In this document: positions 46,390-56,416 of the stretch, piece after piece | Numbering within the stretch: the stretch's first letter is position 1 | How the letters are laid out: every line of letters begins with the position of its first letter | Assembly (NCBI GenBank): GCA_002691645.1 | Contig: NZIP01000019.1 | Location: forward strand, 24,615-88,614 | From: Flavobacteriaceae bacterium | Lineage (GTDB): Bacteria; Bacteroidota; Bacteroidia; Flavobacteriales; Flavobacteriaceae | Direction: 5' to 3' | DNA length: 64,000 nucleotides | Made by a program: the position numbers and the translations under genes | The notes under the pieces: model-generated | Database searches by the model: none | The model's input: only the letters and a program-made list of their open reading frames with translations | What the model was told of the DNA's origin: nothing

Positions 46390-48591
46390 ATGAAATTTGA
46401 AATTTCTGATGATTCATTAGAAAAGGCATTGTTTTCTTTTTTTGGATTTTCAACGTTTAAGGGATTACAAAAACCCGTAATAGAGAGTATTTTAGGTGGG
46501 CAGGATACATTTGTCATTATGCCTACCGGTGGTGGAAAATCACTGTGCTATCAGTTGCCAGCTTTGCTTTCAGAAGGTACAGCAATTGTTGTTTCTCCTT
46601 TAATTGCTTTGATGAAAAATCAAGTAGATGCTATACGCTCTTATTCCGACGATTTTGCTGTAGCTCACGTTTTGAATTCTTCTTTGACCAAAGGCGAATT
46701 AAATACAGTAATCGACGATTTAAAGAATGCTCGAACAAAATTACTTTATGTTGCCCCTGAATCTTTAACAAGGCAACATAACATAAATCTTCTAAGTCAA
46801 TTAAAAATTTCCTTTGTAGCTGTTGACGAGGCGCATTGTATTTCTGAATGGGGTCATGATTTTAGACCTGAATATCGAAATTTAAAAACTATCATTGGTC
46901 AAATAGATGTTAAAATACCAATTATCGGCCTTACTGCGACGGCTACTCCGAAGGTTCAAGAGGATATTATCAAAAACCTGGGAATGACTAATGCCAAAAC
47001 ATTTAAGGCTTCGTTTAATCGTCCCAATCTTTACTATGAGGTGCGTCCAAAGACAAAAGACGTAGATAAGGATATTATTAAGTTTATTTCCTCACAAAAA
47101 GGGAAATCCGGAATTATTTATTGTCTTAGTCGTAAAACGGTAGAACAATTAGCCCAAACGCTACAGGTAAATTCTATTAGTGCTGTTCCTTATCACGCTG
47201 GATTTGATAATAAGACAAGAGCGAAATATCAAGATATGTTTTTGATGGAAGAGGTAGATGTTGTGGTAGCGACAATTGCATTTGGTATGGGTATTGACAA
47301 ACCCGATGTGCGATTTGTAATTCACTACGATATGCCAAAGAGTATCGAAAGTTATTATCAGGAAACAGGCAGGGCTGGTCGAGACGGGGGTGAGGGTCAA
47401 TGTATCTCCTTTTATGCTCCTCAAGATATCGAAAAGCTTGAAAAATTTATGGCCAATAAGCCAGTAGCGGAACAAGAAATTGGATTAGCCCTTTTAAACG
47501 ATATTATGGCTTATGCGGAAACTTCGATTTCACGCCGAAAATTTATTCTCAATTACTTTGGAGAAGATTTTGATGAAAATACAGGAGAGGGAGCACAAAT
47601 GGATGATAATACCCGTTTTCCTAAAGAAAGGTTCGAAGCAAAAAAGGAGCTTCTTAGCCTGCTTGAAGTAGTTCGTGATACAGCTCAAAAACTTAAAACT
47701 AAAGAGGTCGTATTGGTGATGCGTGGAGAAAAAAATAGTATTCTTTCGAGTCACAAAACACATGAAAGAACTTTTTTTGGCTGCGGATCAGATCAATCGG
47801 ATAATTTTTGGAACTCCTTGATTAGACAATCTATTATCGAAGGATTACTCTCTAAAGATGTGGAAGCATACGGTGTTCTGAAATTGACTGCAAAAGGAAT
47901 GAATTACATACAAAATCCCATCTCTTTTATGATGAGTCTAAATCGAGATTTTGATAAAATCTTATTTGCTCAAACACAGGTTAACGCAGTTAAAGGTGTA
48001 CTTGATGATAAACTTTTAAATCAGCTCAAGGCACTGCGCAAAACGGAATCAAAAAAGCGAAACTTACCTCCATATGTCATATTTCAGGATCCTTCTTTGG
48101 AAGATATGGTCAGTAAATATCCAGTTTCTATAGACGAGCTTTCTCATGTTCACGGTGTGAGTGAGACAAAAGCTAAGAAATATGGTGAACCTTTTCTTAA
48201 ATTGATTTCGTCTTATGTTGAAGAAAATAATATTATCCGACCCGATGATATGGTCATTCGCTCAACAGGATTGAATTCTGCATTAAAACTGTACGTTATT
48301 CAAAGCGTAGACCGAAAGTTACCATTAGACGATATTGCCGATGCGAAAGGGATGGAAATGGATGAATTGATTCAATTGATGGAACAAATCGTTTATTCGG
48401 GCACGAAATTGAATATTGAATATTGGATAGATGAAATTCTTGATGAAGATCAGCAAGAAGAATTACATGACTATTTTATTGAAGCAGAAACTGATTCATT
48501 AGATGCCGCAATGGAAGAATTTGATGGAGATTTTGACTATGAGGAGCTGAATCTTTTTAGGCTTTCTTTCTTGAGTAAGTTGGCGAATTAA
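46390..48591 (+). CDS. recQ: ATP-dependent DNA helicase RecQ
   Basis: PTGGGKSLCYQLPA, VAVDEAHCISEWGHDFRPEY, QETGRAGRDG, then RQC and HRDC regions and an acidic C-terminal extension. 733 aa. Confidence 0.95.
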   Translation: MKFEISDDSLEKALFSFFGFSTFKGLQKPVIESILGGQDTFVIMPTGGGKSLCYQLPALLSEGTAIVVSPLIALMKNQVDAIRSYSDDFAVAHVLNSSLTKGELNTVIDDLKNARTKLLYVAPESLTRQHNINLLSQLKISFVAVDEAHCISEWGHDFRPEYRNLKTIIGQIDVKIPIIGLTATATPKVQEDIIKNLGMTNAKTFKASFNRPNLYYEVRPKTKDVDKDIIKFISSQKGKSGIIYCLSRKTVEQLAQTLQVNSISAVPYHAGFDNKTRAKYQDMFLMEEVDVVVATIAFGMGIDKPDVRFVIHYDMPKSIESYYQETGRAGRDGGEGQCISFYAPQDIEKLEKFMANKPVAEQEIGLALLNDIMAYAETSISRRKFILNYFGEDFDENTGEGAQMDDNTRFPKERFEAKKELLSLLEVVRDTAQKLKTKEVVLVMRGEKNSILSSHKTHERTFFGCGSDQSDNFWNSLIRQSIIEGLLSKDVEAYGVLKLTAKGMNYIQNPISFMMSLNRDFDKILFAQTQVNAVKGVLDDKLLNQLKALRKTESKKRNLPPYVIFQDPSLEDMVSKYPVSIDELSHVHGVSETKAKKYGEPFLKLISSYVEENNIIRPDDMVIRSTGLNSALKLYVIQSVDRKLPLDDIADAKGMEMDELIQLMEQIVYSGTKLNIEYWIDEILDEDQQEELHDYFIEAETDSLDAAMEEFDGDFDYEELNLFRLSFLSKLAN

Positions 48592-48594
48592 GGT

Positions 48595-48924
48595 TTAGAG
48601 CTCAAAATTTTCGTAGAGTTCGGTTTGCTGTTCAATATACATGTCCCAACCCCCAGCTTCGATTATTGCATTGACTACTAGTAAGGTTGCGACCACACTT
48701 AATAACAGCGCGATAACACTTATTACTCTTGTTACTTTTAAAGTGCTGTGATTAGAATATTGTTCAGGATTGGCACTATATAATTGTTGATCTTTACGAA
48801 TTAAGATAAGTGCACTAGCTGAAAGTATAATTCCACCAATTCCAGCGCTAAAACAACAGCATATATAAGAAATTAGAGCTAAGGCTAAAGCTACATTGAC
48901 ATTGGGAAGTTTGATTTGTGACAT
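48595..48924 (-). CDS. CCC-motif small membrane protein
   Basis: 109 aa, two or three TM segments, and the SYICCCFSAGIGG motif characteristic of a flavobacterial family as I recall it. Confidence 0.45.
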   Translation of the reverse strand: MSQIKLPNVNVALALALISYICCCFSAGIGGIILSASALILIRKDQQLYSANPEQYSNHSTLKVTRVISVIALLLSVVATLLVVNAIIEAGGWDMYIEQQTELYENFEL

Positions 48925-48926
48925 GC

Positions 48927-49232
48927 TTAAAAAAAGTGAGTTACTACCTTATAAATATAACTAATGACTACTAAGATACCACTTAAATTCCCGGTTATTT
49001 GAGTCAAATGTAAAAGGCGTTGGTTTGAAAAAACAAGAGAACTTGTAAGTAAACTAAAAAAGAGTAGAAGTGGAATTAATGCCGGATAAAGCTGAAGACT
49101 CACTAATAAATCTCCTTTTAAAAGGGCGATAAAAGCTCTTTGAATGCCACATCCAGGACAATCAAATCCCAACCAATACTTTGTTGTACACGGTAGCATT
49201 TTTGACTCCAAAAAAGGGATGATATCATTCAT
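48927..49232 (-). CDS. DUF2752 membrane protein
   Basis: CPGCGIQRAF motif followed by TM helices, 101 aa. Confidence 0.55.
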   Translation of the reverse strand: MNDIIPFLESKMLPCTTKYWLGFDCPGCGIQRAFIALLKGDLLVSLQLYPALIPLLLFFSLLTSSLVFSNQRLLHLTQITGNLSGILVVISYIYKVVTHFF

Positions 49233-49290
49233 AAAACTCTGATGTAATCAAGTATTCGTCAAAAATAACAAACATCGTATTTTCGCACAA

Positions 49291-49821
49291 ATGAATCAAG
49301 ATTTTAAAATAGGAGATAAGGTATCATTAATCGATGAAAACCTCAACGGTACTATTAAAGCTATAACAGATAATCGTGTTTTAGTCGCTATTGAAGATGG
49401 TTTTGATTTAGAGGTCAATGTGTTGCAACTTGTTCCATATCATGAACTCAATTTCTCTATACCCAATATCAATCATATAAAACGAGAAAAAAACGATAAT
49501 CCTAAGCCCAAAAAGGCGTCGAAATCTCCAAAGAAAAAAACGTATATCGAGTTTGATTTACACATTGATAAACTTCATCCCAATTGGAAAACTCTGGATA
49601 AATCAAATTATTTGAATTATCAAATTAGCGCAGCACAGGGAAAGCTTGATTTTGCCATTAAAAAAAGAATCCCTCATTTTGTATTTATTCATGGAGTGGG
49701 TGAGGGTGTTTTAAAACAAGAGCTTCACACTATTTTAGGTAGATATGATTTTCTGGTATTTGAAGATGCACCTTATTACAAATACGGACTTGGTGCAACA
49801 TTAGTGAGCTACAAACTCTAA
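49291..49821 (+). CDS. Smr-domain protein
   Basis: C-terminal Smr-like module EFDLHIDKL...FVFIHGVGEGVLKQELHTIL, 176 aa. Confidence 0.6.
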   Translation: MNQDFKIGDKVSLIDENLNGTIKAITDNRVLVAIEDGFDLEVNVLQLVPYHELNFSIPNINHIKREKNDNPKPKKASKSPKKKTYIEFDLHIDKLHPNWKTLDKSNYLNYQISAAQGKLDFAIKKRIPHFVFIHGVGEGVLKQELHTILGRYDFLVFEDAPYYKYGLGATLVSYKL

Positions 49822-50321
49822 TTTGCATTGAAGCTGAGGGCACCAAACTCTTCAATACTTAGATTGGTTATTCGCTCGTTTTCATTAAGTGCAAAACTAA
49901 CCTCTTGCAATTCTATCGTGTAATCGTATTGATCAGTTTCCGAATTCAATGTGCTTGTTACCAATAACTTTCCTCCCACAGCATCATAAGAATTAACCAC
50001 TTTTGGGTTAATTTCTGGTATAAGAGAACAGAAATATGTAGATGTTACTTTGTCGTCAAAAACTCGATAGGTTAATTGAGCAGCAGAAGGTATAGTGTAT
50101 TCTCTGTTTTTTTCTTCAAGCGTAAAAAAAGCATTAGGAAGTTCAAGGATTAACGTTTCTCGATCATTTAATTTAAAAAGGAGTTCTTCTTCCAGGTCTA
50201 ATATTCCACAATATGAAATATTGATGCCGTTAAAATCAATATTCTCTACCTCTAACCCTCCATCATTACAGGCGATGAAACTTGCAAATGAAATAAAAAG
50301 TGCAGCTGTTTTTTTAAGCAT
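49818..50321 (-). CDS. hypothetical lipoprotein
   Basis: Lipobox FASFIAC after a signal peptide, 167 aa, beta-rich. I do not recognise the family. Confidence 0.5.
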   Translation of the reverse strand: MLKKTAALFISFASFIACNDGGLEVENIDFNGINISYCGILDLEEELLFKLNDRETLILELPNAFFTLEEKNREYTIPSAAQLTYRVFDDKVTSTYFCSLIPEINPKVVNSYDAVGGKLLVTSTLNSETDQYDYTIELQEVSFALNENERITNLSIEEFGALSFNAN

Positions 50322-50479
50322 GATAAGGAGTTTACAAAGAAAAACAGATTCGGATTCTAACTGTTTTAGATTCGCTAATTACAGCTTCAAAGATATTAAA
50401 TGTCATTAATTTTTAACAAGATATTTTAGCTTAATACTTTAAATACTTAGCTTAGCAAGGCACTGTTAATTGTGAATTT

Positions 50480-51628
50480 ATGAAAACCGTTTATCTCGAT
50501 AATGCGGCGACCACTCCATTAAGAAAAGAAGTCATTTCAGAAATGATGACTGTTTTAGATAGTGATTTTGGAAACCCTTCATCAACGCATAGTTTTGGTA
50601 GAAAAGCAAGATCTCATATCGAGTTAGCGCGAAAACAGATAGCAAGTCTTATTGGTGCAAGCCCTAACGAAATTATTTTTACTTCTGGGGGTACAGAGGC
50701 AGACAATTTAATTATTAAGTCTTCTTGTGAATCTTTGGGGGTTAAGCGTATTATTAGTTCTGAAATTGAACATCACGCTGTTTTGGACACTGTTCTAAAA
50801 ATGAAATCCCAAGGAATCGAGGTTTGTTTTGTTCGTATTCTTTCAGATGGGTCTATTGATTATGAACATCTTGAAACTTTGTTAGATGAAGGATCTTCTA
50901 AGAAACAACTGGTGACCTTAATGCATGTAAACAATGAAATTGGAAATTTTCTGGATGTTCAAAGGGTAGGGGATTTGTGTGCTAAATATCAAGCATTATT
51001 TCATTCTGACACTGTGCAATCAGTTGGTCATTACAAATGGGATGTTTCTAAAGTCAAAATTGATTTTCTCAATGCAGCTGCCCATAAATTCCATGGACCA
51101 AAAGGAGTTGGTTTTGCCTACATGAACAAGAATTGTAAGCTATGCCCTCAGATTATTGGTGGAGGTCAAGAAAAAGGTATACGCGCTGGAACTGAAATGA
51201 CACATAATATTGTGGGTATGGCAAAAGCCTTTGAAATTTCAAATGCTCATCTTGAAAATGAAAAACAATACGTTTTAACACTGAAAAAGAGATTCATTGC
51301 TGGTTTGACTTCAAAAATTAAGGGAGTTGCTTTTAATGGTCTTTCTGCCGATACAGAAAGTAGTACTTATACACTGGTTAACTGCAGATTGCCATTGACT
51401 CAATCTAAAGCGATAATGCTCTTATTTCATATGGATTTAAAGGGTATTGCCTGTTCTCAAGGAAGTGCTTGTCAGTCAGGCAGTCAAAAAGGGTCACATG
51501 TTTTATCAGCTGTACTAACCACAGAACAAATGCAATATCCTTCATTGCGCTTTTCTTTTTCGATTTTTAATTCCGAAGAAGATATAGACTATGTGGTGGA
51601 GGTGTTGAGTGAGTTTTGCAACGAATAA
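50480..51628 (+). CDS. cysteine desulfurase (NifS/IscS class V aminotransferase family)
   Basis: YLDNAATTP, TSGGTEADN, PLP-lysine context AAHKFHGPKGVG, and active-site Cys loop SQGSACQSGS. Confidence 0.85.
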   Translation: MKTVYLDNAATTPLRKEVISEMMTVLDSDFGNPSSTHSFGRKARSHIELARKQIASLIGASPNEIIFTSGGTEADNLIIKSSCESLGVKRIISSEIEHHAVLDTVLKMKSQGIEVCFVRILSDGSIDYEHLETLLDEGSSKKQLVTLMHVNNEIGNFLDVQRVGDLCAKYQALFHSDTVQSVGHYKWDVSKVKIDFLNAAAHKFHGPKGVGFAYMNKNCKLCPQIIGGGQEKGIRAGTEMTHNIVGMAKAFEISNAHLENEKQYVLTLKKRFIAGLTSKIKGVAFNGLSADTESSTYTLVNCRLPLTQSKAIMLLFHMDLKGIACSQGSACQSGSQKGSHVLSAVLTTEQMQYPSLRFSFSIFNSEEDIDYVVEVLSEFCNE

Positions 51629-51632
51629 AGGC

Positions 51633-52262
51633 TCAATTTCTGTCGTAGGGAAAATTTCGAGAAGCTTTTTTCATCATGCTGTCTATGAATTCAATGGTGT
51701 TTTTGCCTCCTTTTCGGGTAATTGCTTTGTCGTATTTCCACAATAATTTTCCTGTCATACCATCACTTATTTTTACAGCGATTCGGCCAAAATCTGAATC
51801 AAAGAAAAGAAAATCTCCAAGACCTGAATCTTTTTCTATTCCTTGTGAAAGCAACACGTTTAACTGTATAGATCCAGAGATAATTCCATCTACTCCTAAA
51901 ATTCTAGCGAGGTCTTTAGAAGAATAGAGGCCAATGTCTTCGTAATTGATTTTTTGTTCTTCTAGAATTTGATTTGTGGTTTTAATTTCTTGAAATTCAA
52001 CAGTAAACTTTTTTCTTTTTTTTCGCTGGTTAAAATAATTCTCCAAACCCGTTTGTACAGCCTTTCCTTCAATTTCTTCGCTGTCAGCTTTTTGTGTGGT
52101 GTGTAAATCAAGAACTGATTTAAATGGCATGATCGCCAATACTTTATGCTTTTTAGTGAGCTCATTGAATTTAGGGCTGAGAAATATGTCTTTTTGAGCG
52201 AATACAGCAAAAGGAATGCACCAAAGAGCTATGAAAATTAAAAGCAATCGTTTCATTGACAA
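51633..52262 (-). CDS. secreted hypothetical protein (LpoB/CsgG-like small alpha/beta fold suspected)
   Basis: Signal peptide ..FAVFAQ. The pattern VLAIMPF...LGVDGIISGSI resembles LpoB/DUF799-type envelope proteins. The assignment is weak. Confidence 0.35.
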   Translation of the reverse strand: MSMKRLLLIFIALWCIPFAVFAQKDIFLSPKFNELTKKHKVLAIMPFKSVLDLHTTQKADSEEIEGKAVQTGLENYFNQRKKRKKFTVEFQEIKTTNQILEEQKINYEDIGLYSSKDLARILGVDGIISGSIQLNVLLSQGIEKDSGLGDFLFFDSDFGRIAVKISDGMTGKLLWKYDKAITRKGGKNTIEFIDSMMKKASRNFPYDRN

Positions 52263-52301
52263 TTTTTTTCAAAAGTAATTGAATTATAACGATTTACGAG
52301 C

Positions 52302-54014
52302 TTATTTTTTGATATTTAGAATCAGTTCTTGTTTGTTTTTTTTAAAATCTTCAACAATGACCTTCAGTTCTTGCTGAGGTTCTATAAAATTCAATTCGTC
52401 GGTGTCAATTGTTAATGTACTTGTTTTAGGTTCGTAGGACATTAAAATCCAATTACCATTGAAGTAGGCGTTGTAAGATTTAATTCCCGTTTGACTGTCT
52501 GAGGTTTTTAGTTTGAGAAGTTTGTAATTTCGGATGGATTGATCTTTCTTAAAATTAACAGTTCTGAGCTTGGGTTTAATGGTATCAACACTTATACCGT
52601 ATACGCCTAAGATTGAGCTCTCAGCTACAATAGCACCATTCACTTCTCTTGTCATTACTGGATATTCTCTATTGTTTTTAGCCTTTCTAAAAAAGTACTT
52701 TTTTCCTCTTAAGCTATCCTTTTCATCGCCATACTTCAAGATTTTAAATCGCTGTTTTAAATACCTACTTTCTCGATCTATTTCAATGACATCCTCCTTT
52801 AAATTTAAGTTTAGATAGGTATCTTTTACAAAACTATTTGGCTTAAAACGAACTTCAAAATCATTTTTTTTCCAATTGAATGCCTTTTGATAATCTACAA
52901 AGTAGGGTGTTAATTCTATTTTAGGTTTTGGAATACTGACTTCTTGTATCATTCCTTTATATGGAATTCGAATTGTAGTTTTATTTTTATTAAAATCAAT
53001 AAGTTCAATTTTAATAATCCCTTTTTCACCATTTTTGATTTCTATGTTCCCGTTATTGTTTTGTTTTTTAATTATACTAGAGCCTGTAAACTCCTTTGAG
53101 GTGAATAGTTTTAAAACGCGTTCTCTAGTATTAATTAAACGATCATAGTCGATGAGTTCGTTGATTTTTTTAGTTTCTGAAAACGTAAAAGATTCGAATA
53201 AATAATGTTGAATAAGTCTCTCCTTGTGCCACACCTTGATTTGATGAAGACCATTTTTATTGTAGGTTAAATCTTGGCGGTCGAAGCTATTCAGACCTAG
53301 TCCAAGACTATTAGAAACCAAAATACTATCTGTACTAAAATGGTTATTGTCAGTTCTTTTGATCGGTATTTTAACAGGTACTTGGCTTTTGTTAATTATG
53401 CTATAGCTTTTAACAGGATAGGCGTATAAACTTCGAACACTGGGAGGTGTTTTATCTTGAACATGAATTCCATATTTTAAAGGATTCACTGGAATTTGCC
53501 CTGCTGTCTTTCTTATCTCAAAATGTAAATGTGGCGCGTAAGATCCTCCCGTATTTCCAGAATAGGCGATTACCTCGTTTTGTTCTATTTGCATTTCATC
53601 TCGTTTGGGGAATAATTCAACCTCGTATTTTTTTACTTTGTATTGATGTTTTCGAATGAGTTCTTCAATCTTGTCACTATAACGGCTTAGATGCGCATAT
53701 ACAGTAGTGAGACCATTAGGGTGCTCTATGTAAAGTGCTTTACCATAGCCTCCAGTAGAGATTTTAATTCTACTGACAAAACCGTTATCTGCTGCATAAA
53801 CGGACAGCCCTTCTATTCCATTTGTTTTAATATCTACTCCAGTATGAAAATGGTTTGAACGAAGTTCACCAAAGGTTCCTGCTAGAAGTAATTCTTTATT
53901 TATAGGATTATGGAGTTGAAAACTATTTTCATTGTGTTGAGCAAATACACATGTTAACTGTAGTGTGTATAACCATAGAAAAAAATAAATGCTATTGTAA
54001 GTTTTAAGGTTCAA
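52302..54014 (-). CDS. M23-family metallopeptidase with long C-terminal extension
   Basis: HTGVDI, GNTGGSYAPHLHFEIR (LytM motifs HxxxD and HxH), and a signal peptide. 570 aa. Confidence 0.8.
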   Translation of the reverse strand: MNLKTYNSIYFFLWLYTLQLTCVFAQHNENSFQLHNPINKELLLAGTFGELRSNHFHTGVDIKTNGIEGLSVYAADNGFVSRIKISTGGYGKALYIEHPNGLTTVYAHLSRYSDKIEELIRKHQYKVKKYEVELFPKRDEMQIEQNEVIAYSGNTGGSYAPHLHFEIRKTAGQIPVNPLKYGIHVQDKTPPSVRSLYAYPVKSYSIINKSQVPVKIPIKRTDNNHFSTDSILVSNSLGLGLNSFDRQDLTYNKNGLHQIKVWHKERLIQHYLFESFTFSETKKINELIDYDRLINTRERVLKLFTSKEFTGSSIIKKQNNNGNIEIKNGEKGIIKIELIDFNKNKTTIRIPYKGMIQEVSIPKPKIELTPYFVDYQKAFNWKKNDFEVRFKPNSFVKDTYLNLNLKEDVIEIDRESRYLKQRFKILKYGDEKDSLRGKKYFFRKAKNNREYPVMTREVNGAIVAESSILGVYGISVDTIKPKLRTVNFKKDQSIRNYKLLKLKTSDSQTGIKSYNAYFNGNWILMSYEPKTSTLTIDTDELNFIEPQQELKVIVEDFKKNKQELILNIKK

Positions 54015-54073
54015 TTGAAAGCGGTTTTAGGTTAAAGTGTTTTTAAACAGAGTTTTCGTATTTTTGATATGTT

Positions 54074-54355
54074 TTGAAAGAGCTTTTTGAATCAATCACG
54101 TATTTAGAGTCTAAGTTAATATCGCTTACTGAACATCTTAAACAATTAAAAGATACGAACAACAGGCTGATATTAGACAATAAGAGACTCACTAATGACA
54201 ATGCGAATTTAAAGAATGAATTGCGTGAATTGAAAGAAGACCTCGAACAAAGCAAATTGAACAAGGGAAATATAAATTCGAGCAGCCCTGTAATCAATAG
54301 AATTGATCAAATGCTAATTGAGTTAGAGTGGTGTATTGATCACATGGATGCTTAG
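54074..54355 (+). CDS. coiled-coil protein upstream of zapA (ZapB-like in character)
   Basis: 93 aa with heptad-rich sequence (LESKLISLTEHLKQLKDTNNRL...). The only in-frame start near the 5' end is the TTG at 54074. Confidence 0.45.
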   Translation: MKELFESITYLESKLISLTEHLKQLKDTNNRLILDNKRLTNDNANLKNELRELKEDLEQSKLNKGNINSSSPVINRIDQMLIELEWCIDHMDA

Positions 54356-54359
54356 GTTA

Positions 54360-54647
54360 ATGACTGAAAAAATTAAAATAAAATTGAATGTTGCTGGAAG
54401 GGTTTACCCTCTGACAGTAGATGCTGATCGTGAAGAAGTTATACAGAGAGCAGCGCGTAAGGCGCAAGAGGTGATAAAAAGCCTTGAACAAAATTATGCT
54501 GTATCTGATAAGCAAGATGTTCTAGCTATGAGTTTGCTCCAATTTGCGACACGATTAGAAGATTCGAAATTTGATTCGAGACAATACGATGATAGTCTCG
54601 AGAAATTAAAGTTGATGACAACAATAGTAGAGAAGGAGTTACAATAG
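54360..54647 (+). CDS. zapA: cell division protein ZapA
   Basis: MTEKIKIKLNVAGRVYPLTVDADREE is a typical ZapA N-terminus. Length is 95 aa from the ATG at 54360. Confidence 0.7.
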   Translation: MTEKIKIKLNVAGRVYPLTVDADREEVIQRAARKAQEVIKSLEQNYAVSDKQDVLAMSLLQFATRLEDSKFDSRQYDDSLEKLKLMTTIVEKELQ

Positions 54648-54664
54648 AATTGACGACTCTTTCT

Positions 54665-54835
54665 TAAAATTTCCCACATTGGTCATAGTTTGACAAACTC
54701 AACGAAAGTTCAATTAAAAAGGGTGAGTTTCGATTGTGCGAACAAGCTCAACTAGATTGAGATTTTTAAGCAGTTGGTTAGCCCTAAACCTGATAAAATG
54801 GAGTTTGTACAAAACCCCTCCAATGTGGGTTTTAA
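54665..54835 (+). ncRNA. candidate structured RNA (6S-like rod with internal loops) or structured rny leader
   Basis: CCCACATTGG (54673-82) pairs perfectly with CCAATGTGGG (54820-29), and ACAAACTC (54693-700) pairs with GAGTTTGT (54801-08). Together they enclose about 100 nt that contain local hairpins. A T-run follows. The 197-nt gap has no ORF. Confidence 0.4.
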
Positions 54836-54844
54836 TTATATAAT

Positions 54845-56416
54845 ATGGAAGCAAATACACTACTTATTATCGCAGCAGTTGTAGGCCTCGGAGTGGGTTT
54901 TCTGATTGCACAAATTGCGGGTAAAAATAAAGGTAACGGATTGATAAGTCAAGCCAAACATGAGGCTCAAAGAATTTTGAACAGCGCCAAAAAAGATGGA
55001 GAACAAATCAAGAAGGACAAAATATTTCAGGCTAAAGAAAAATTTCTGGAATTGAAATCTGAACACGAAAAATTTATTTTGTCTAAAGAAAAGAAAATAG
55101 GAGAGGTTGAAAAGCGGACAAGAGATAAAGAAAATGAAGTCAATTCACTTTTGAAGTCCAATAAAAATCTTAACTCACAATTAGAAAACCAAATTGAGTC
55201 ATTAAGTCATAAAAATAAATTAGTAGACAAAAAGACGCAAGAAATTGAAAAACTTCACGAAAGTCATGTGCAACAGCTCGAGGTAATTTCAGGTCTATCT
55301 GCTGAGGAGGCCAAATCACAGTTGGTAGAATCCCTAAAAGAGAAGGCTAAGGCGGATGCGCTCTCATTTGCGCAAAACGCTTTAGAAGAGGCTAAATTAA
55401 CAGCTCAACAAGAGGCGAAAAAAATTATAATCAATACAATTCAACGGATCGGAACCGAAGAGGCTATTGAAAATTGTGTTTCTGTCTTTAATTTGGAATC
55501 TGATGATGTTAAAGGACGTATTATTGGCCGAGAAGGACGCAATATTAGAACTATTGAATCTGCAACAGGAGTAGAAATAATTGTTGATGATACTCCTGAA
55601 GCGATTATTCTATCTTCATTTGATGCGGTGAGAAGAGAAGTTGCAAGATTGAGTTTGCATCGATTGGTTACGGATGGTAGAATTCATCCTGCCAGAATAG
55701 AAGAAGTTGTAAAAAAGACTCAAAAGCAAATTGATGAAGAAATTATTCAGGTTGGGAAAAGAACAATAATCGACTTGGGTATACACGGTTTACACCCTGA
55801 ACTCATCAAGGCCGTAGGTAGAATGAAATATCGATCATCTTATGGTCAAAATTTGCTTCAGCACTCTAGAGAGGTAGCTAAGCTCTGCGGTATAATGGCT
55901 GCAGAACTTGGTTTGAATTCCAAGTTGGCTAAGCGAGCAGGTTTATTGCACGATATAGGAAAGGTTCCTATGGCAGAGATTGAAATTGAGACGCCTCACG
56001 CTATATTAGGTATGCAATGGGCTCAAAAATACAAGGAGAATAAAGAAGTCTGTAATGCTATTGGAGCGCATCATGACGAAATTGAGATGACCTCCCTTAT
56101 TTCACCAATTGTTCAAGTTTGTGATGCAATTAGTGGAGCTAGACCAGGAGCAAGAAGACAGGTTGTGGATTCTTATATTCAGCGCCTCAAGGAAATGGAA
56201 GATATCGCGTTAGGATTTAAAGGTGTTGATAAGGCATATGCTATTCAAGCAGGTAGAGAATTAAGAGTAATTGTATCTAGTGATGAAGTAAGTGACGATA
56301 AAGCTAACCAGATTTCATTTGAAATTTCACAAAAAATCCAAACAGATATGACTTACCCTGGTCAAGTTAAGGTTACGGTTATTAGAGAAACGAGGTCTGT
56401 AAATATCGCTAAATAA
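54845..56416 (+). CDS. rny: ribonuclease Y
   Basis: N-terminal TM segment, coiled coil, KH domain [12 protein letters not shown] and HD domain LLHDIGK. 523 aa. Confidence 0.95.
   Translation: MEANTLLIIAAVVGLGVGFLIAQIAGKNKGNGLISQAKHEAQRILNSAKKDGEQIKKDKIFQAKEKFLELKSEHEKFILSKEKKIGEVEKRTRDKENEVNSLLKSNKNLNSQLENQIESLSHKNKLVDKKTQEIEKLHESHVQQLEVISGLSAEEAKSQLVESLKEKAKADALSFAQNALEEAKLTAQQEAKKIIINTIQRIGTEEAIENCVSVFNLESDDVKGRIIGREGRNIRTIESATGVEIIVDDTPEAIILSSFDAVRREVARLSLHRLVTDGRIHPARIEEVVKKTQKQIDEEIIQVGKRTIIDLGIHGLHPELIKAVGRMKYRSSYGQNLLQHSREVAKLCGIMAAELGLNSKLAKRAGLLHDIGKVPMAEIEIETPHAILGMQWAQKYKENKEVCNAIGAHHDEIEMTSLISPIVQVCDAISGARPGARRQVVDSYIQRLKEMEDIALGFKGVDKAYAIQAGRELRVIVSSDEVSDDKANQISFEISQKIQTDMTYPGQVKVTVIRETRSVNIAK

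Noticed and set aside
51633-52262. The possibility that this secreted 209-aa protein is the missing curli secretion component (CsgG/CsgF-like).
   Set aside because: It is too short for CsgG, has no lipobox Cys, lies 20 kb from the curlin-like gene and is in an unrelated operon context. The resemblance is limited to a generic LpoB/CsgG-like VLAxxPF..GxDxxxxGSI pattern.
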